Shown here one piece after another: positions 13,610-27,503 of a stretch of 64,000 bases of DNA. Origin of the DNA: Euprymna scolopes. Taxonomy: Eukaryota. The stretch's first letter is position 1; each line of letters begins with the position of its first letter. A program made the position numbers and the translations under genes. The notes under the pieces were generated by a model. That model was given only the letters and a program-made list of their open reading frames with translations, did not search any database and had not been told where the DNA came from. The stretch is from assembly GCA_053919585.1 (NCBI GenBank), contig CM132808.1; one strand, written 5' to 3'.

Positions 13610-15260
13610 ATCTCCCACGCATTGGTGTACTGTGAAAATCACCCCTTCTCAGGTGCATGGTATCATAAAAAACCTAGACACCTCAAAAGCATGTGGACCA
13701 GATCTCATCCCGGCTGTGCTAATAAAAAAATGCTCTGCTGAGGTTGTTCCAGTTCTCTCCAAACTTTACAATAAATGCCTTAATGAATCTTGCTTTCCCG
13801 ACTGCTGGAAAACCACTTTTGTGGTACCAGTCTTCAAGAATTCTGGTGAAAGAACTGACTCACTAAATTATCGCCCCATTAGCCTCCTCCCACTTTTCGC
13901 CAAAATATTTGAGTCCTTAATTAATCAAACCCTAGTCCAACACCTAACAGCTGCTAAACTCCTGACCGACAAACTATGGATTCAGGCAAGCCCATTCAAC
14001 AGCAGATATCTTAACTGTAGTCTCTGAACGTATATACCGTTCACTGAACAAAACAGGGGAGGGTAGAGCGGTAGCCCTTGATATATCTAAGGCTTTTGAC
14101 AGGGTATGGCATGGTCGTCTAAGGAAAATTAGATCATATGGTATCACTGAAAGAATACATAATGCAATTAAATCCTTAAGAGAAAAATCCAAGTTGTCCT
14201 CGACGATCGTACATCCAAACAATATGATATAAATGCGGGAGTACCCCAGGGGTCTATCCTTAGACCTTTATTATTCCTGATATTCATAAATGATCTCCCT
14301 GATAAAATTGTTTTGGAGATGGGTATATTTGCCCATGACACCACCCTCTATAACAGGCATGAGGGGAAAACAAATGAACACCTATCTAAGGAAACGCTAG
14401 AGGATGACCTCCAATCTGTAGTGGGATGGGGACAAAAATGGATGGTCACATTCAATGCTGCTAAAACTAAGCTTGTTTCCTTCAATAACTACAAGAAACC
14501 TTTTCTACCACCAATAGCAATGGCCAAGAACACACTGCCTGAAAGTACTTCCTTTAAACTCCTCGACCTAACGTTTACAGGGAACATGAACTGGAATATA
14601 TACATTGAGAGCATTGCCAAGGCTGCTGCAAAGGTGTGCTCTCTCTACCTTGCCAGAAAATTACTTACACCTGAAAGTATCCTGTACCATTCACCCATAT
14701 ATAGAGTACTGTTGTTCAATTTGGGCTGGTGCATCTGCTGCTTGTATCTCACTCCTGGACAGAGTTCAAAAGAGAGTCGCCAACCTGATAGGTCCTGAAC
14801 TGTCATCTAGGCTTCAGCCTCGCCTTTGTCCCATCGACGAAATGTTGCATCCCTCTCCCTGTTCTGCAAAGACTTTAATGTTGAATTCTCTGACGAACTG
14901 CAAGCACTTGTACCTCCTCGATGTGACTAACCCCCGACAAACCCGACAAGCAACTAAGTTCCACCCCTTTACAGTAGAGATCCCTAGGTGTAAGAAAGCC
15001 TTTTACTCCAATAGTTTCTTCCCCAGAACTGCAAGTCTTTGGAACTCCCTTCTGAGATACTGTTTTCCCAACTGTACTGATATGCAAAAGTTCAAGTGTA
15101 ATGTGAACAAACATCTTTCTACTCATCTCCCTTCATAATGCCCCCACAAATTATGTCCCCGATAGTAGCCCCCTACTTCAAAGTGGCACTTCCCTTGTTT
15201 GAGGTAAAAATTGAATTAAACAAAAATATTAAAAAATTATAAAAAATAAAATAAAATAAA
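13610..15260 (+). mobile_element. CR1/L2-group LINE, 5'-truncated, decayed RT
   Basis: KACGPDLIPA, NYRPISLLP, ALDISKAFDRVWH, GVPQGSIL, IFAHDTT and RTASLWNSL motifs, with frameshifts and an A-rich tail. Confidence 0.9.
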
Positions 15261-15820
15261 CTCACATTCTACAAATATTAGTTATACTCTGGGTGTGTGA
15301 TACCAGTGACCCCCTGAACGCTATTGTCTACATTTATATCTATAGTCGAGGCTAGTTCATCAGTTAGATCAATTCATTTTTTCATCTCGAGCAAGCTGCA
15401 ACCTGCGTTACACTGTCCAATTTTAAACTCTCATGTCAACTATTGCAAACCCAAGATTGTCCACAAACTCTACCTAACCATCATAAACTGTCACAAAACT
15501 AATCGCCACTCCTAAAAATAAAACTAAATCTAAAATCTATTAACTGATCCCTTGATACCGTTACTGCCACACCTTGACTAACAATACCATCTTAACTTTT
15601 TGTGTTCCTTTGCAAACATCTTCTCCATTTTTCTATTTCTAAACCTATTCCCTCTCTTATTTTTCCGTACTCTGTCTTCCTGAGAGTGAGAGGGGGAATG
15701 TCTATAGTAGCTCAAGTCTAACTTGAGCTCAATGGCTGACCCCCCCACCCCACCCCCTTTTTTCTACTAATAAACTGAAATGATATTAAAATTTTGATTT
15801 AACTTTGTTTACTTTTTCAG

Positions 15821-15928
15821 TTTTGTCAAACTCTGGTTACCATCATTCTGATTGATATCATTGGATCATGGCTTCTTGACAAAGGCTGCCATTACTTGTT
15901 TGGAAAAGGCAAATTACGAAAGGTGTAA
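15821..15928 (+). CDS. ATP13A1: ATP13A1 terminal coding exon, followed by 3' UTR
   Basis: actttttcag acceptor. Translates FCQTLVTIILIDIIGSWLLDKGCHYLFGKGKLRKV*, which fits the last TM helix and basic tail of ATP13A1 and is in phase with the previous exon. Confidence 0.92.
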   Translation, partial: FCQTLVTIILIDIIGSWLLDKGCHYLFGKGKLRKV

Positions 15929-17189
15929 CACTCATTGTCGTCTTCATTGTTGTGCTGCTGCAACCGTCAACATCTCATGATGGGGTTAAAAAGCTGGAAG
16001 ATTGTGATCAGTGTTTAGCCTTAGCACAGTTCAATACAAAGTACCAAATTCCAGTTTAGAATTTCGGCTGGATTATATTTTTTCATGTGTGATCTCATGA
16101 CCATTCAACCATTGTCTCCATAAAGTGTCATTCCTCTTCTACAGATAAAACATTTGTTTTTATTGAGGACCCATCACACACACACATACACACGCGCACA
16201 CACACACATGTATGCATGCATGCAGACAGACAGACATGTTACAACAGATAATGAAACGTTTTATTAAATTTTAAAAAAAATAACAAACGAAAACATTGTT
16301 GCATTTCTGGCAAATTTCTATATAATCAAATTAATGATATTAAAAAAAATTTGAAATTTTCTTGGAATTTTGTGTTCAGATGTTTTTTTTTTTTCTACTG
16401 GAAATCACCAGACAATGCATGAAGCCACTTGATATAACACGCTAAGAGAAAAACAACATACTATTTAATGGTCAAAACTAGCCACTGATAAATGTTAGAT
16501 GGATAGATTCTGACTCAGAAAACAGTAATTCTTCCCACTTTGTCAGCAACAGCGCTTATGGAATGTAAAAACCTGTTTTGTTTCAGATTTTTTTTAGATA
16601 AGGATTGATAGTTATAAATTATTCAGATTAATATCCTCATTTTGTCCATTCTCATATTTTGAACGATGTGACCACTGACATTCTCTGGGTGTGTCTTGCC
16701 GAACATTTGGAAATTTTAAACTGAACCTTTCTATATTAGTATTGCCTGTATTGAACTCTTGACCTTCAAAAGAGTAATTTAAAACTGATTATTAACATTT
16801 TATCAATTGCGCTACATGTCTAAGTGATGCAATTGATAAAATAGAAACAAGTCTAAATAATACAGGTTTATTTTTATATGTATATTTCATAGGGATGTAT
16901 GAGTTACCAACTTGAAATCATTTTTTGACATTGTAACCAGTTGAATGGAACATGTAATCTTGTTATAGGATGCTATACCTATCAGTCATAGTAGTAGCAG
17001 CCATCTGCATCTCGTAAATGTATTACCTGTCATTGGTAATTGTAGTGTGAATCTTGTCGACCTTTTTTTTTAAATATTTTGGTAGCAGTTTAACTAGTGA
17101 GTGGATGACTGATACGTCTCCATTAGTTGTAGAAGGAGCAGTTATTAATACATGCCAATTGTATATAGTATTCTACGTACAGGATGGAA

Positions 17190-18600
17190 CGATAAAAGTG
17201 TGAAAACTGTTGCTACCAGATAATGAACTACATGAAACATCCTCAAAATTTATTGTATTCGAATCCACCGAAGAAACCAAAATAACTGACTTATCACCGT
17301 TTATTATACATAAAATTATATCGGCATATATTACCCCAAAAAATGTAAAAACTTTAAAAAATAAAACCCTACTGGTGGAAGTGGAAAGAGAAAAACATGC
17401 CACTTTTCTCCTAGGAATGAAAATTTTCCACAACATAAATATCAAAACTTATCCACTCAAGACTCTGAATACATCCAAAGGTGTAGTAAAATCGAAAGAC
17501 CTCTCAATGTGCACTACTGAAGAGATAACAAAAGAACTTAAAAACCAAGGAGTAACAAACATAAAAAGAGAATCAGACTATACATACGAACTTGCATTAT
17601 GCAGTTCGATAGACCCACTATCCCAAAAGAAATCAAAATTGGGTTCAACGTTGAAAAAGTTGAACTCTTTATACCAAACCCACTTCGGTGCTTTAAATGC
17701 CAGAAGTTTGGGCACCATGAGGATGCATGTAGGGGACAAGTAGTGTGTGGAAGATGTGGCCAGAGAGATCCAGACCACACCTTGCAATGACTGCAATCTT
17801 GATTGCAAATGTGCAAATTGTGGAGAAAGCCATCCTGCTTATGCTAGAGCATGCAGAATCTGGAAGAAAGAAAAGGAAGTAGTATCAATAAAACATAACA
17901 AAAACATCTTCCTCGAAGCCAGGAAAATAGTAGGTGGATACGTGAAGGAAAAGATGTACTCTCAAGTTGTATATCATCCAACATCACTAACCAAGACTCC
18001 AAATACAAAATACTAATAAACAAATTGTTACAATTGGGACTAAACGACTGGCCCAAATTTATAAATGAAATCAAACCATCATCAAAAATTAATCATCCCA
18101 TTAAATCAACTAATGTTACTAATAAAACAACCAAAATCAAAACATCCAAGAAAACAAAGTCGATCAAAAGAAAGACCACAAAAATCACCAGTATGTCGTG
18201 CAGATGCTGAAAAAGTTGAAACTAAGGAAAAACAAAATCAGTTAAAAGAAAGACCACACAGGTCTCCAATACGTCTTCCTCGTGGTAAAAAAAACACACT
18301 TGAAAAACAAGATACATCTACCAAAAAAAACAAAATAATATAAAGAGAAGCCACTACTACAAATAGATTTACAGAATTAGAAGACATGGAAACTGAAGTT
18401 ACTCCTCAAACCAAAAAAAAAAAATCATGAATTACAAGATAATCCAATGGAATTGCCGTGGATTGAAGGCAAATTACAATGAACTTTTATTGTTGCAAAC
18501 CAAATTTAATCCTTTGGTTATTTGTCTTCCTTAAGAATGAGGACAATTTGAATATAAAACACTATCAACAATATAACTAAATTCATGATACAGGACTTAA
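17190..18600 (+). mobile_element. I-group LINE 5' fragment (ORF1 plus start of the APE endonuclease), same family as 8170-11668
   Basis: PNPLRCFKCQKFGH and CANCGESH zinc knuckles, then KIIQWNCRGLKANYNELLLL. Confidence 0.88.
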
Positions 18601-18879
18601 TAATACTGTAACCCTTTTCCCCCTCCCATTGCAAGACCCAATCATATTCTGCAAGGCAGAGAACAAAAATGACAAAATCCACTACAAAACAACCAAACCA
18701 AAAGCTACGAACTAACGATAGAAAATACAAGGAGCTTGAAGAATAAAAATCTCATATAAAATAACTGGATACAACATCGAATACTATTCCCAAAATAACT
18801 GGTTTCGGCATTAAATAACTCACAAAGGGTTGATATGCTGTTAAACAAAAAAAAAAAAAAAATTGTGAAAAAACATTAT

Positions 18880-19641
18880 TCCATTTCTGTTTGATGAAAA
18901 CCGGTTTTCTTTTTTGTTGGCCAGTTGTGTATAAAGCTCCAGAGCAATAGGAACCTTCTGTCATGTCTGAAAGTGACACAATGTTCAGCAAACCAGATGG
19001 GAGATGCACCAGTGTACGACTCATGCTCTCTAGCAATCCAAGTTATGACAACAGGGCCATTGCCAACACCCTCAAAATGCAAATTGGATCGTTCGCCGCT
19101 TCAGGGAACAGCTCAATGAAGTTTCTAGCCACGGTTATGGTCTTTGGTATGGTTTCAAGTGAGGGCCATATTATGCCACCTCACATTTTTGAAATTGTCT
19201 AGAAAGTCAACACCAAAATGTACCTGGATGTGCTAAAGAGTGTGGTGATCCCTGGTGCAATCAAGTGGCTGCTGGCAGACTCTGGATGTGGTAGCAGGAC
19301 TCGGCGCCAGCCCACAAGTTCAGAGAGGCCCAGGCTTCGCTTCAGAAGGAGTGCTACGGCTTTTTACCTGCTGGACTACTTTGTTTGGTCATATGTCAAG
19401 AACATCACCAACATGATCTCCTACAACACCAAAGGCAGCATCTGCTGAGTATTCACCGAGCTTCCACTGGTGCTTGTAGAAAAGGCATGCTCCCAGTTCC
19501 GGACCTGTATCGAGGCGGCTACATTGAATAGATGTCACCTCTACTACATAATTAAGTTACCTGAACTGAATTTCTTAAAAGTTTTCAAATAAATCCATAC
19601 TGTTGCCTTCTTTGTGGCAACAAATTTATCGTTCCACCGTG
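18880..19641 (+). mobile_element. Tc1/mariner (maT/DD37D-like) transposon relic
   Basis: VMVFGMVSSEG, YLDVLKSVVIP, QQDSAPAHK and LDYFVWS motifs across frameshifts; TIR-like end ...AAATTTATCGTTCCACCGTG. Confidence 0.75.
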
Positions 19642-21494
19642 TTATTAAGAACAGAAAATCAAAACTTATTTTAGATTCATGCATTTGTTACTACTTTTTA
19701 TATCTCTCTGCAATTTTATGCTTACATGTCTTACTCCTCACTTCTATCCCTAATGTCTGGGAGTGGGGGGGGGATACACAAGTTTTTGAATGTGCATCTT
19801 GCATTTAGTGTTCTTCAATTATTAAATGAAACTTATTTTCAAAATAAAAATACAAAAAAAATCTATAAAAAAAAGCTTTGATTGATGTACCTACCACAGA
19901 ATGAAGACGTATTCAAAAAATGATGTAAATTGATCAAGTAGGTTTTTCTTTTTTTCCTTTTTGCTAAATAAAATAAATTTTTTCTGACAGAGGTTGGGTT
20001 GATCTGTTTTATAAAATCAAGATCAAAATCAGTCTTGTAACATCAATTTCCTATTAAATTCACTAAAAATCTGAGTATTTTTTATATAAAAAAAATACTT
20101 GGAATATTACATTTTCATTCGGTAACAGGTATGTACATCAAAGTTTTTCTGAAATTTAGTTTGAAATACATTTAATTCTAAATAAACACTCTAAATGTAT
20201 AAATAATAATGAACATTTAAACATTTGTATTATTTCATAATTAAGAGCATCCATGTGTCAATGTACCTACATAAGGGCAAGGATTTTCTTTTAAATTGGG
20301 GGTAAATGGTGTCTATATACTGCCAATTCAAAAAGAAAAGAAATGGACCAGTTTTGTTTTTTGTTGTTTTCTTGAAGCAAATACTATTAAGCAATTAAAA
20401 TGCATACAAAGCAGTTTTATATGCAACTTCTGTTTATAGCTTTACTGGGTCAAAAAAAAAAAAAAGTAGGGGAGGAAGGCTCTAAATAGATTGTCTAATG
20501 AATAAGAGAGCTCCCTTCTACCCAAATATATTATTTAATGATTTGATTATAAATGTACTTAAATTGAAGATTCCTCTAAAATTTCAAAGACAAAGAAAAA
20601 TACATCATTTATTATTGGAGGAAAGTCATCTCTGCTTGTATACGTAATGTGCACAAACAACATTGTTGTAAAAACTGAGTACCTACGTGAAATCGATTGC
20701 TAAGGTTGCTGGAAAGGTGGTTGGCTCCAGAAAGTACTCTACTCTTGGTGCAGTCTTCTATCTGTAAGAGTTAGACATGTTCAAAGATGGCATGCTACAT
20801 CGCATCTGGAGAGGTGCCCTTCAGAGCACTCTTTCTGAACTTACCTAGTAGATTTCTCCCAAAAGAGATGTGACTTTTGTCGACCTCTTCCCTGTCGTGT
20901 ATAGTATTCATGGTAAGAAGTATCTACCACCATTGCAAAGAACTTTTTTTTACTGTGTAATAAGAAAAGAAAGTTTTTTGTAATGGTGGTAATGGTAGAT
21001 AAACCAAACAAAATTATCTTGCAGTTTCTTTTCAAGAGTATCTCATTTGTGGAACACAAGATCTGCTTCCGTGCTAACATGATTGTCTACAATCTCAACA
21101 AATATTTGCTGAGCACTTTTTCTAATCAAATTCTGTCCATTTCCTCAATTCACTTTAATGACTTCTTTTTTTATTTAAATTCAAGACTTATCTAGATAAA
21201 CTATTTAAATTTTAACGAAGTTTAGTATTAAACAAATTTGAAAATATTTTCAATTCCAAGTAAATATTCAGAAGTTTCCCTCTGTAGTCACAGTACAAGC
21301 TGTAAAGATTAAAAACAGCTGTAGAACTATTACAATGTTTCTTTGTGTTAAGATCTGCTTTTGAAAATTTGAACTTTAGGTTATGCAATATGGATATGGG
21401 AAAGGTTAGGACAAATAAGAGTTTCTTGGAAAGAATGAGATATCAGTCGTACTGTAATTATTAAAGGAAAGAAAAACTTTTTTAGTTACTAATT

Positions 21495-22660
21495 ATTTTG
21501 TTTTTTGTTCTATTAGATTTTCACCCCAAACAAGGCACAGTGCCACTTTGATGTAGGGGGTTACTATCAGGGACATGAGTTGCAGGGATACTATGTAGGG
21601 AGTTGAGCAGCAAGATGTCTGTTCACATTACATTTTAACTTCTGCATGTCAGTACAGTTGAGGGAGGCAGGAAACCAGAAAGCAATTCTAAAGCCTAGCA
21701 GTTCTGAGGAAGAAACTATTAGAGTAGAAGGCTTTCTGACAACTGGGGATCTTTGTGTAGGGGTAGGACTTTGCTGTTTGTCGGGAGTATTTATGTTAAG
21801 GGGGGATACAAGGGCTAGTAGTTCGTCGGAGCATCCACCATTAAAATACTTTTAAAACAGGCAGAGGGATGCAATATTCCGTCGATGGGACAGAAGTTGA
21901 AGCTTGGATGACAGTTAAGGACCTATCAGGTTAGCGACATTTTTGAACCCTTTCCAGGAGTGAGACTAGTAACAGATGCACCAGCCCAAATGTGACAATA
22001 CTCCATACATGGCCGAATGGTAGTCTTGTAGAGGTACAGGATACTTTCAGGCGTAAGTAGCTTTCTAGCACGATAGAGAGAGCCCACCTTCTTCGCAGCA
22101 GCCTTGGCAATGCTCTCGATGTATCTGTTTCAACTCATGTTCCCTGTGAACGTTAAGCTGAGGGGTTTGAAATAAGTACTTTCAGTTAATGTATCTTTAG
22201 CCATAGTTATTAGTGGTTGAGAAGGTTTCTTGTAATTATTGAAGGAAACAAGCTTAGTCTTGGCAGTATTGAATGTGACCATCCATTTTTGTCCCCATTC
22301 CACTACAGATTGGAGGTCTTCCTCTGGGGTTTCTGCCATTGCCTTAGATATTTCTTAATTCGTTTTCCCCTTGTGTCTGTTATACAGCATAGTGTCATCT
22401 GCAAATATACCCATCTGAGACAATTTTATCAGGGAGGTCATTTATGAATATCAGGAATAATAATGTACAACCTTCGAGGACAACCTGAATTCTTCTCTTA
22501 TTTAAGAACGATTTAATTATGTTAAGTATTTGTCCAGTGATACCGTATGATGTGATTTTCCTGAGAAGACCATCGTGCCATACTCTGTCAAAAGCCTTAG
22601 ATATATCTAGGGCTACTGCCCTACCCTCCTCTGCTTTGGCTAGTATATACGTTCAGAGTA
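21495..22660 (-). mobile_element. CR1/L2-group LINE, second copy of the 13610-15260 family in inverted orientation
   Basis: Reverse complement aligns by eye to about 14030-15230 (DLQSVVEWGQKWMVTFNTAKTKLVSFNNYKKP and the shared 3' UTR). Confidence 0.9.
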
Positions 22661-23238
22661 CTTTTGAAAGTACCGTTTTCAAGGATGTGTGATCTTAATT
22701 ATAATTTAGTATTTTCGCGCTAACATTCTGACGATGTAACACTTGATTTTTTTCAGCATAAAAATTTCATGCAATATTATGTACTAAAGAAAATGCGAAT
22801 GCATGCAATAAAAATAAATTTGTCTAGAGTTGAACGCAACATTTTATCGTTAAAAGTAAATAAATTTTAAACAACTTGGTTTCTCCAACCCTTCGAGACC
22901 TCCAAAGGGCGATTGCAATTGGGAGTCCCTATTTGTCTTCCCATAAGGGCGAAATTAGGGAAAAGCTAAGTACTGCATTGGGACAAATATTAATTGTCCT
23001 AGGCAAGGATTTCTCCTTCCCTAAACAAGGATAGAACAGATAAAGTTGCAGTATCAGAATGGATACAAGTTGAATTATTTATATGAAAAAGTTACATTTT
23101 AACAAATTAAGCACAAAGCCACCAAGACTGTCGGGAGGAAGATTCTAACATTTGTCTAGTCTTCTCTTGGCTAGAATTATCACAATCACCATAATACAGT
23201 TTTTCTTAAAATGTGTTGAGCAATTTTTACGAGTATAT

Positions 23239-26200
23239 TGTCGTCGGCCGATTTCTCGTATCTGAGAATTTCAATTTCCGCTTCCCTCAGTGTTTGGTCT
23301 GAGAAACCATCTGTGATTCAATCTGAACATGGAACACGTGGGCAGAGAAGGCAAGCAATGCTTGGCAGGGGGCGGGGTTGTTCAGCACGATTTTTTTCTT
23401 GCCTGCCTCTTGATCTCTCCCAGTCTTCTTCTTTCTGCTTCGTATCCTTTGATACCATGTATAATAGATTGGCACAACAGGCGCCAATCCTGAGCTGCTG
23501 TTTCCCAGATGTGAAGATCAAATCTAGTATTTTTTGGGGTGGATTTGAGTTGGTCCTTGTATCACTGTAGAGGGTGGCCGATAGATCTTTTTCCTGTGGC
23601 TACTTCCGAGTACAGGGTTTGTCGAGGGAGCCTGTTTTCATCCATTCTGAGGATGTGCCCCAACCAACAGTCTGTGCCTCATGGTGGTGGCCTCAATACT
23701 GCAGCTGTTTGCTCTCAAGAACGCTTGTGTTGGTTACATAGTCATACCATTTGATGTTCAGTATAGCTCGAAGTTTTTGTTGGTGGAATTTTTCAAGTTT
23801 AATGAGATCACTTTGGTATATAGTCCAGGTCTCACACCCGTACAAAAGCGTAGGGATAACAATCGCATGGTATACCATGAGTTTAGTTTTAGAAAGATGT
23901 TTTTTTTTAAGACGTGCTTTGTCAGTTTACCGAAAGCTCCATAGGCGAGGCCAATTCGGCTTTCTATTTCATTCTCAATTGAGCACTTTTTCAATATGGA
24001 GATATGGAAAGTGATCTATTTGCTCAAGAGGAGTGTCATTTATGTGAATACTTATGTCCTTTAAGATGGTGTTGGGTACTGGTTGTACTAACACTTTTGT
24101 CTTCTGATATTAACAGAGAGCCCGAAGTGGTGGTAGGCTGCTGTAAAGTTGTTTATGGATCTCTGGATGTCTTCTTTGGAATAGCAAAGGACTATGTTGT
24201 CATATGCATATTGAAGCTTTGTGATGTGTTGGAATTTCACAAGGTTTTGAGATTTTAGTCTAGCAGGCTTGAAAAGTCCCCCATCATAGCGATGCCTATT
24301 GTCTCCCCCCCCCCGCCCGGGTTATTTGGAGGAAGTTTTTGCAACATTGCAGCAAGATATAAGGAAAAAAGATTAGGCACAAGGACACAGCCTTGTTTTA
24401 GTCCATAGGTAACTGGAAACATTTTTGTTTCCTTTCCCTGGTGCGATACATGTCCTGACATGCTGTCATGCAGTGCCTGGATGCGTTTTACAAAGTGGAT
24501 TGGACAACCAAATTGTTTGACAACTTTCCACATTGCCTCCCTTGGAACGCTACCGAATGCTTTTTTGTAGGTCATACAATACAAGAAAGAGGGGTTTCTG
24601 TTGTTCGCTGCTTTTCTCCTGCAACTGTGTAGCACAAAAAATCATATCTATTGTCCCTGGAGAGGCATGGAAGTCACACTGAGATTCTGGGAGGATTGAT
24701 TCCGTAGTATGCAGGCAAAGATTTTTCCCATTATGGACAAAAGGGCAATCCCACAGAAATTACCACGATTTTCGGTCACCTTTTTTGAAGATGGTTACTA
24801 TTACTGCGTCTTTCAGATCCTTTGGTACTTGACATTCTTCCCACATCTTAAGAATGAGTGAATAGTCTTGTTTTCAGATGTTGTCCACCATGGTGGATAA
24901 GTTCGAAAGGGATATTATCAGGCTTTATTTACTTTCATTTGCTCTATCGTAATCTGAAATTCTGGAAAGGAAGGAGGTGCATTCATCCATAATTGCATTG
25001 GTTACTGTGGGACCATTTTGAGAAAGTCCTCATCTGCAGCAAATTCTTTATTGAGTAGAGTGGCAAAATGCTTCTTCCAACAATCCAGAATTGATTGTGG
25101 ATTGTTGAGGATGGTGGCATTGTCTGCTGCAAGGAGTGTTCCGATTGAGGATCTCATAGGGCCAAAAATTTGTTTTACACCGGCATGGAAATTTCTAAGG
25201 TCACAAGCTTCTGCAAAACCCTCCAATTCTAAAGCTTTCAATTGCCGCCTTCTAGTTTCCATAATCTTGATTGATACTGGTTTTGCAGTTTCTGTAGATG
25301 TTGGTCTTATGCTAGCTTTGAGGGTCTTGTTAATGAGCATGGCGAGCGTTTATCTTTTCTTGAATTAGATTAATTTCAGCAGTTTTCATCAAAAGTCTTG
25401 ATTTTTCTTTTTCTTTAAACTGACTGACTTTGGCTGATTCATTAATGATCTTACTGATTGACAACCATTCTTCTTCCAGGTCGCAAGAATTGGTTAGGTT
25501 TATACAAAGGTGTTTTTCGATGGTGTGTTGGTATTTTGTTTTTACCTCTGTTATGTGAAGTTTTGAGAGGTTATATTTTTTTTTTTTTTTTTGTCTGAGG
25601 TTATTGTTTTAATTCAAATTTGGGCTTCTTTCTGGGGTGTATATTTAACACGTGTGATGACCAGACGGTGGTCAGTCCAACAGCCATCTATACTTAGTGC
25701 TGATTTAGTAATGTGGATAATCCTTTTTATCTTTCTGACAGATGATGAGTCTAAAAGGTGCCAATGCTGAGATCGAGGATGTTTGCACGTGGTCTTAAAT
25801 CTATTTGGAAGCTGGAACTGAGTGTTAGTAATGAATAGCTCAAATTCTGAGCAAAGTCCTAACAACAGGCGGCCGTTTCAGTTGCATTTACCAAATCCAT
25901 GCTTCCTAATAGAGTTCCAGAGTCTATGATCTTTCCCCTCTCTTGCATTAAAGTCACGCAACAGCATTAATTTGTCGCGTGGTGGGGCTCTGGTAATAAG
26001 CTTGCCAAGCTGCTGGTAAAATTCTCGTTTCACTTCACTGTCGGCGTCTAGGGTTGGTGCATATGCCGAGATGACAGTTATGAAGTTATCAGAAGGCAGT
26101 GGGACTCTATGAGACATAAGTCTCTCATTTACAACTGTTGGTGTGAGCTGATAATTATGCACGATATGTGACTTTATAGCGGAGCAAACTCTGTGTATTT

Positions 26201-27388
26201 TTTTTTTCATCTTTCTCCCTTCCCTTCTAAAAGAAGGTGTATCCTGAGCCCTTTTCTTTCAGCTTACCCTCCACTAAGAGTTTGGTCTCTCAGTGCAGCA
26301 ATATCCATGTTCAGAGTCGTGAGTTCCTTTGAGACCAGTGCAGTTCGTCATGCTGGTCTGTCTGCGTCATTGAGGTCTAACAGGGTTCCATGCACCAAAG
26401 GTGAGATATGTGGATTTGTTTTCTGAATTTTTCTGGTTTTGACTGCAAAATAGAGTATTCCACTGGATGCGGCTTTCTAGTTAGGCACAGTTGTGACCTC
26501 CAATTTTTAGCCTACATTTTTCTAGGGCCTTCCCTATTCAGGACAGCGGTTGCCCTCAATAGGCCTGCCCAGTCATAGACGCAGGACCAAACCTCTGGAT
26601 AGTCACAGTTCCAAAAGAGGGCGACCATCACGCGTCCACCACCAGCATGCAGGTCCAAACTAGGAGCTTCGAGTTTCACCAAAACCTTCTTCCTTCGCCC
26701 CGTCACCACTGGTCTTGTTGTAGAAGAGAGAAGAAAAAAGGAAGTTAAGCAGTAAAAGAGAAAATATAACCAGAGGAAAGAAGGAAAAGCCATTGGCATA
26801 TGAATTTGTTTAGGGTGGGCATCAACATGCCAGGGAGAAACCCACACACTGTGGCTCCCAAACCTTCCTTCACGGCACTTGTGGGGGTGACGTGCGATAT
26901 CAGGGAAAGGGGGTTGCAACGGACAGCCGGAAAAGAAAATAGTTTGTTTGTTTGTTAACCGCCTCATAGCCAGTCCATCTGGCTATAGGGATTTTTTAAA
27001 ATCAGTTTTCCTTCTAGCCTTATCCCAGCTAAGGGACCCCCGCTAGGCAGCAGAGCAGTGGTTGGTGGGGTGTCAGGACGTGTCCACACGTTGGTTGGCC
27101 ATGGCATAGCACCTCTGAGGCCCCCCTACTGCTCCGAGACCCCCTGACATTTAGCCTGGTGCTGCAAGACACCAGTATCCGTGTGTAACCATGAGGAGGC
27201 GTGTAGAGGTCTTAACACTGGAGAGGCTAATTATACTGGCAAAGAAGGCTTACGCATTCTGCTTCTTATTCATTGAAAGGCTAGCCAGTAGCAGGAGCTG
27301 GAAGTGAAAAGTATGCAAGCAAGAACTTGCACTAACGCTGCTGCAGTGCTGCACTAGACGCATCACAATGCCCTGTGTTTTCACACAC
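23239..27388 (-). mobile_element. Full-length RTE-clade LINE with a decayed ORF
   Basis: APE (ISAYAPTL, LLRDFNAR, HPRSQHWHLLD, TDHRLV) and RT (GLKQGCVLVP, LLYGCETW) remnants; (CGA)-like 3' tail; TSD GAGTATAT at 23231-23238 and 27389-27396. Confidence 0.92.
27137..27388 (-). ncRNA. HDV-like self-cleaving ribozyme at the RTE 5' end, partly decayed
   Basis: Minus-strand order: P1 GTGTGTG, 169-nt J1/2, P2 AGACCTCTACAC, P3 GCC, L3 TCCTCAT, P3' GGT, P1' TACACAC, GG, P4 CTGGTG/CACCAG, J4/2 GCTAA, P2' ATGTCAGGGGGTCT. Confidence 0.82.
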
Positions 27389-27420
27389 GAGTATATATGG
27401 ATGTACAAATAAGCATATTT

Positions 27421-27503
27421 ACCCCGGTTCTCATTGGATCACTAAAGTTAAGCAACCTTAAGCATGGTCAGTACCAGATAGGTTACTATTTGGACACTAT
27501 ATA
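27421..27503 (+). pseudogene. Decayed 5S rRNA-derived sequence (5S pseudogene or SINE3 head)
   Basis: CCGGTTCTCATTGGATCACTAAAGTTAAGCAACCTTAAGCATGGTCAGTACCAGATAGGTTAC resembles the metazoan 5S core (GATCACCGAAGTTAAGC...GGTTAGTACTTGGATGGGTGAC) with many substitutions. Confidence 0.7.

Noticed and set aside
20620-21300. Coding-looking stretch on the minus strand
   Set aside because: Stops in the frames I read and no recognisable domain; a translated search would be needed.
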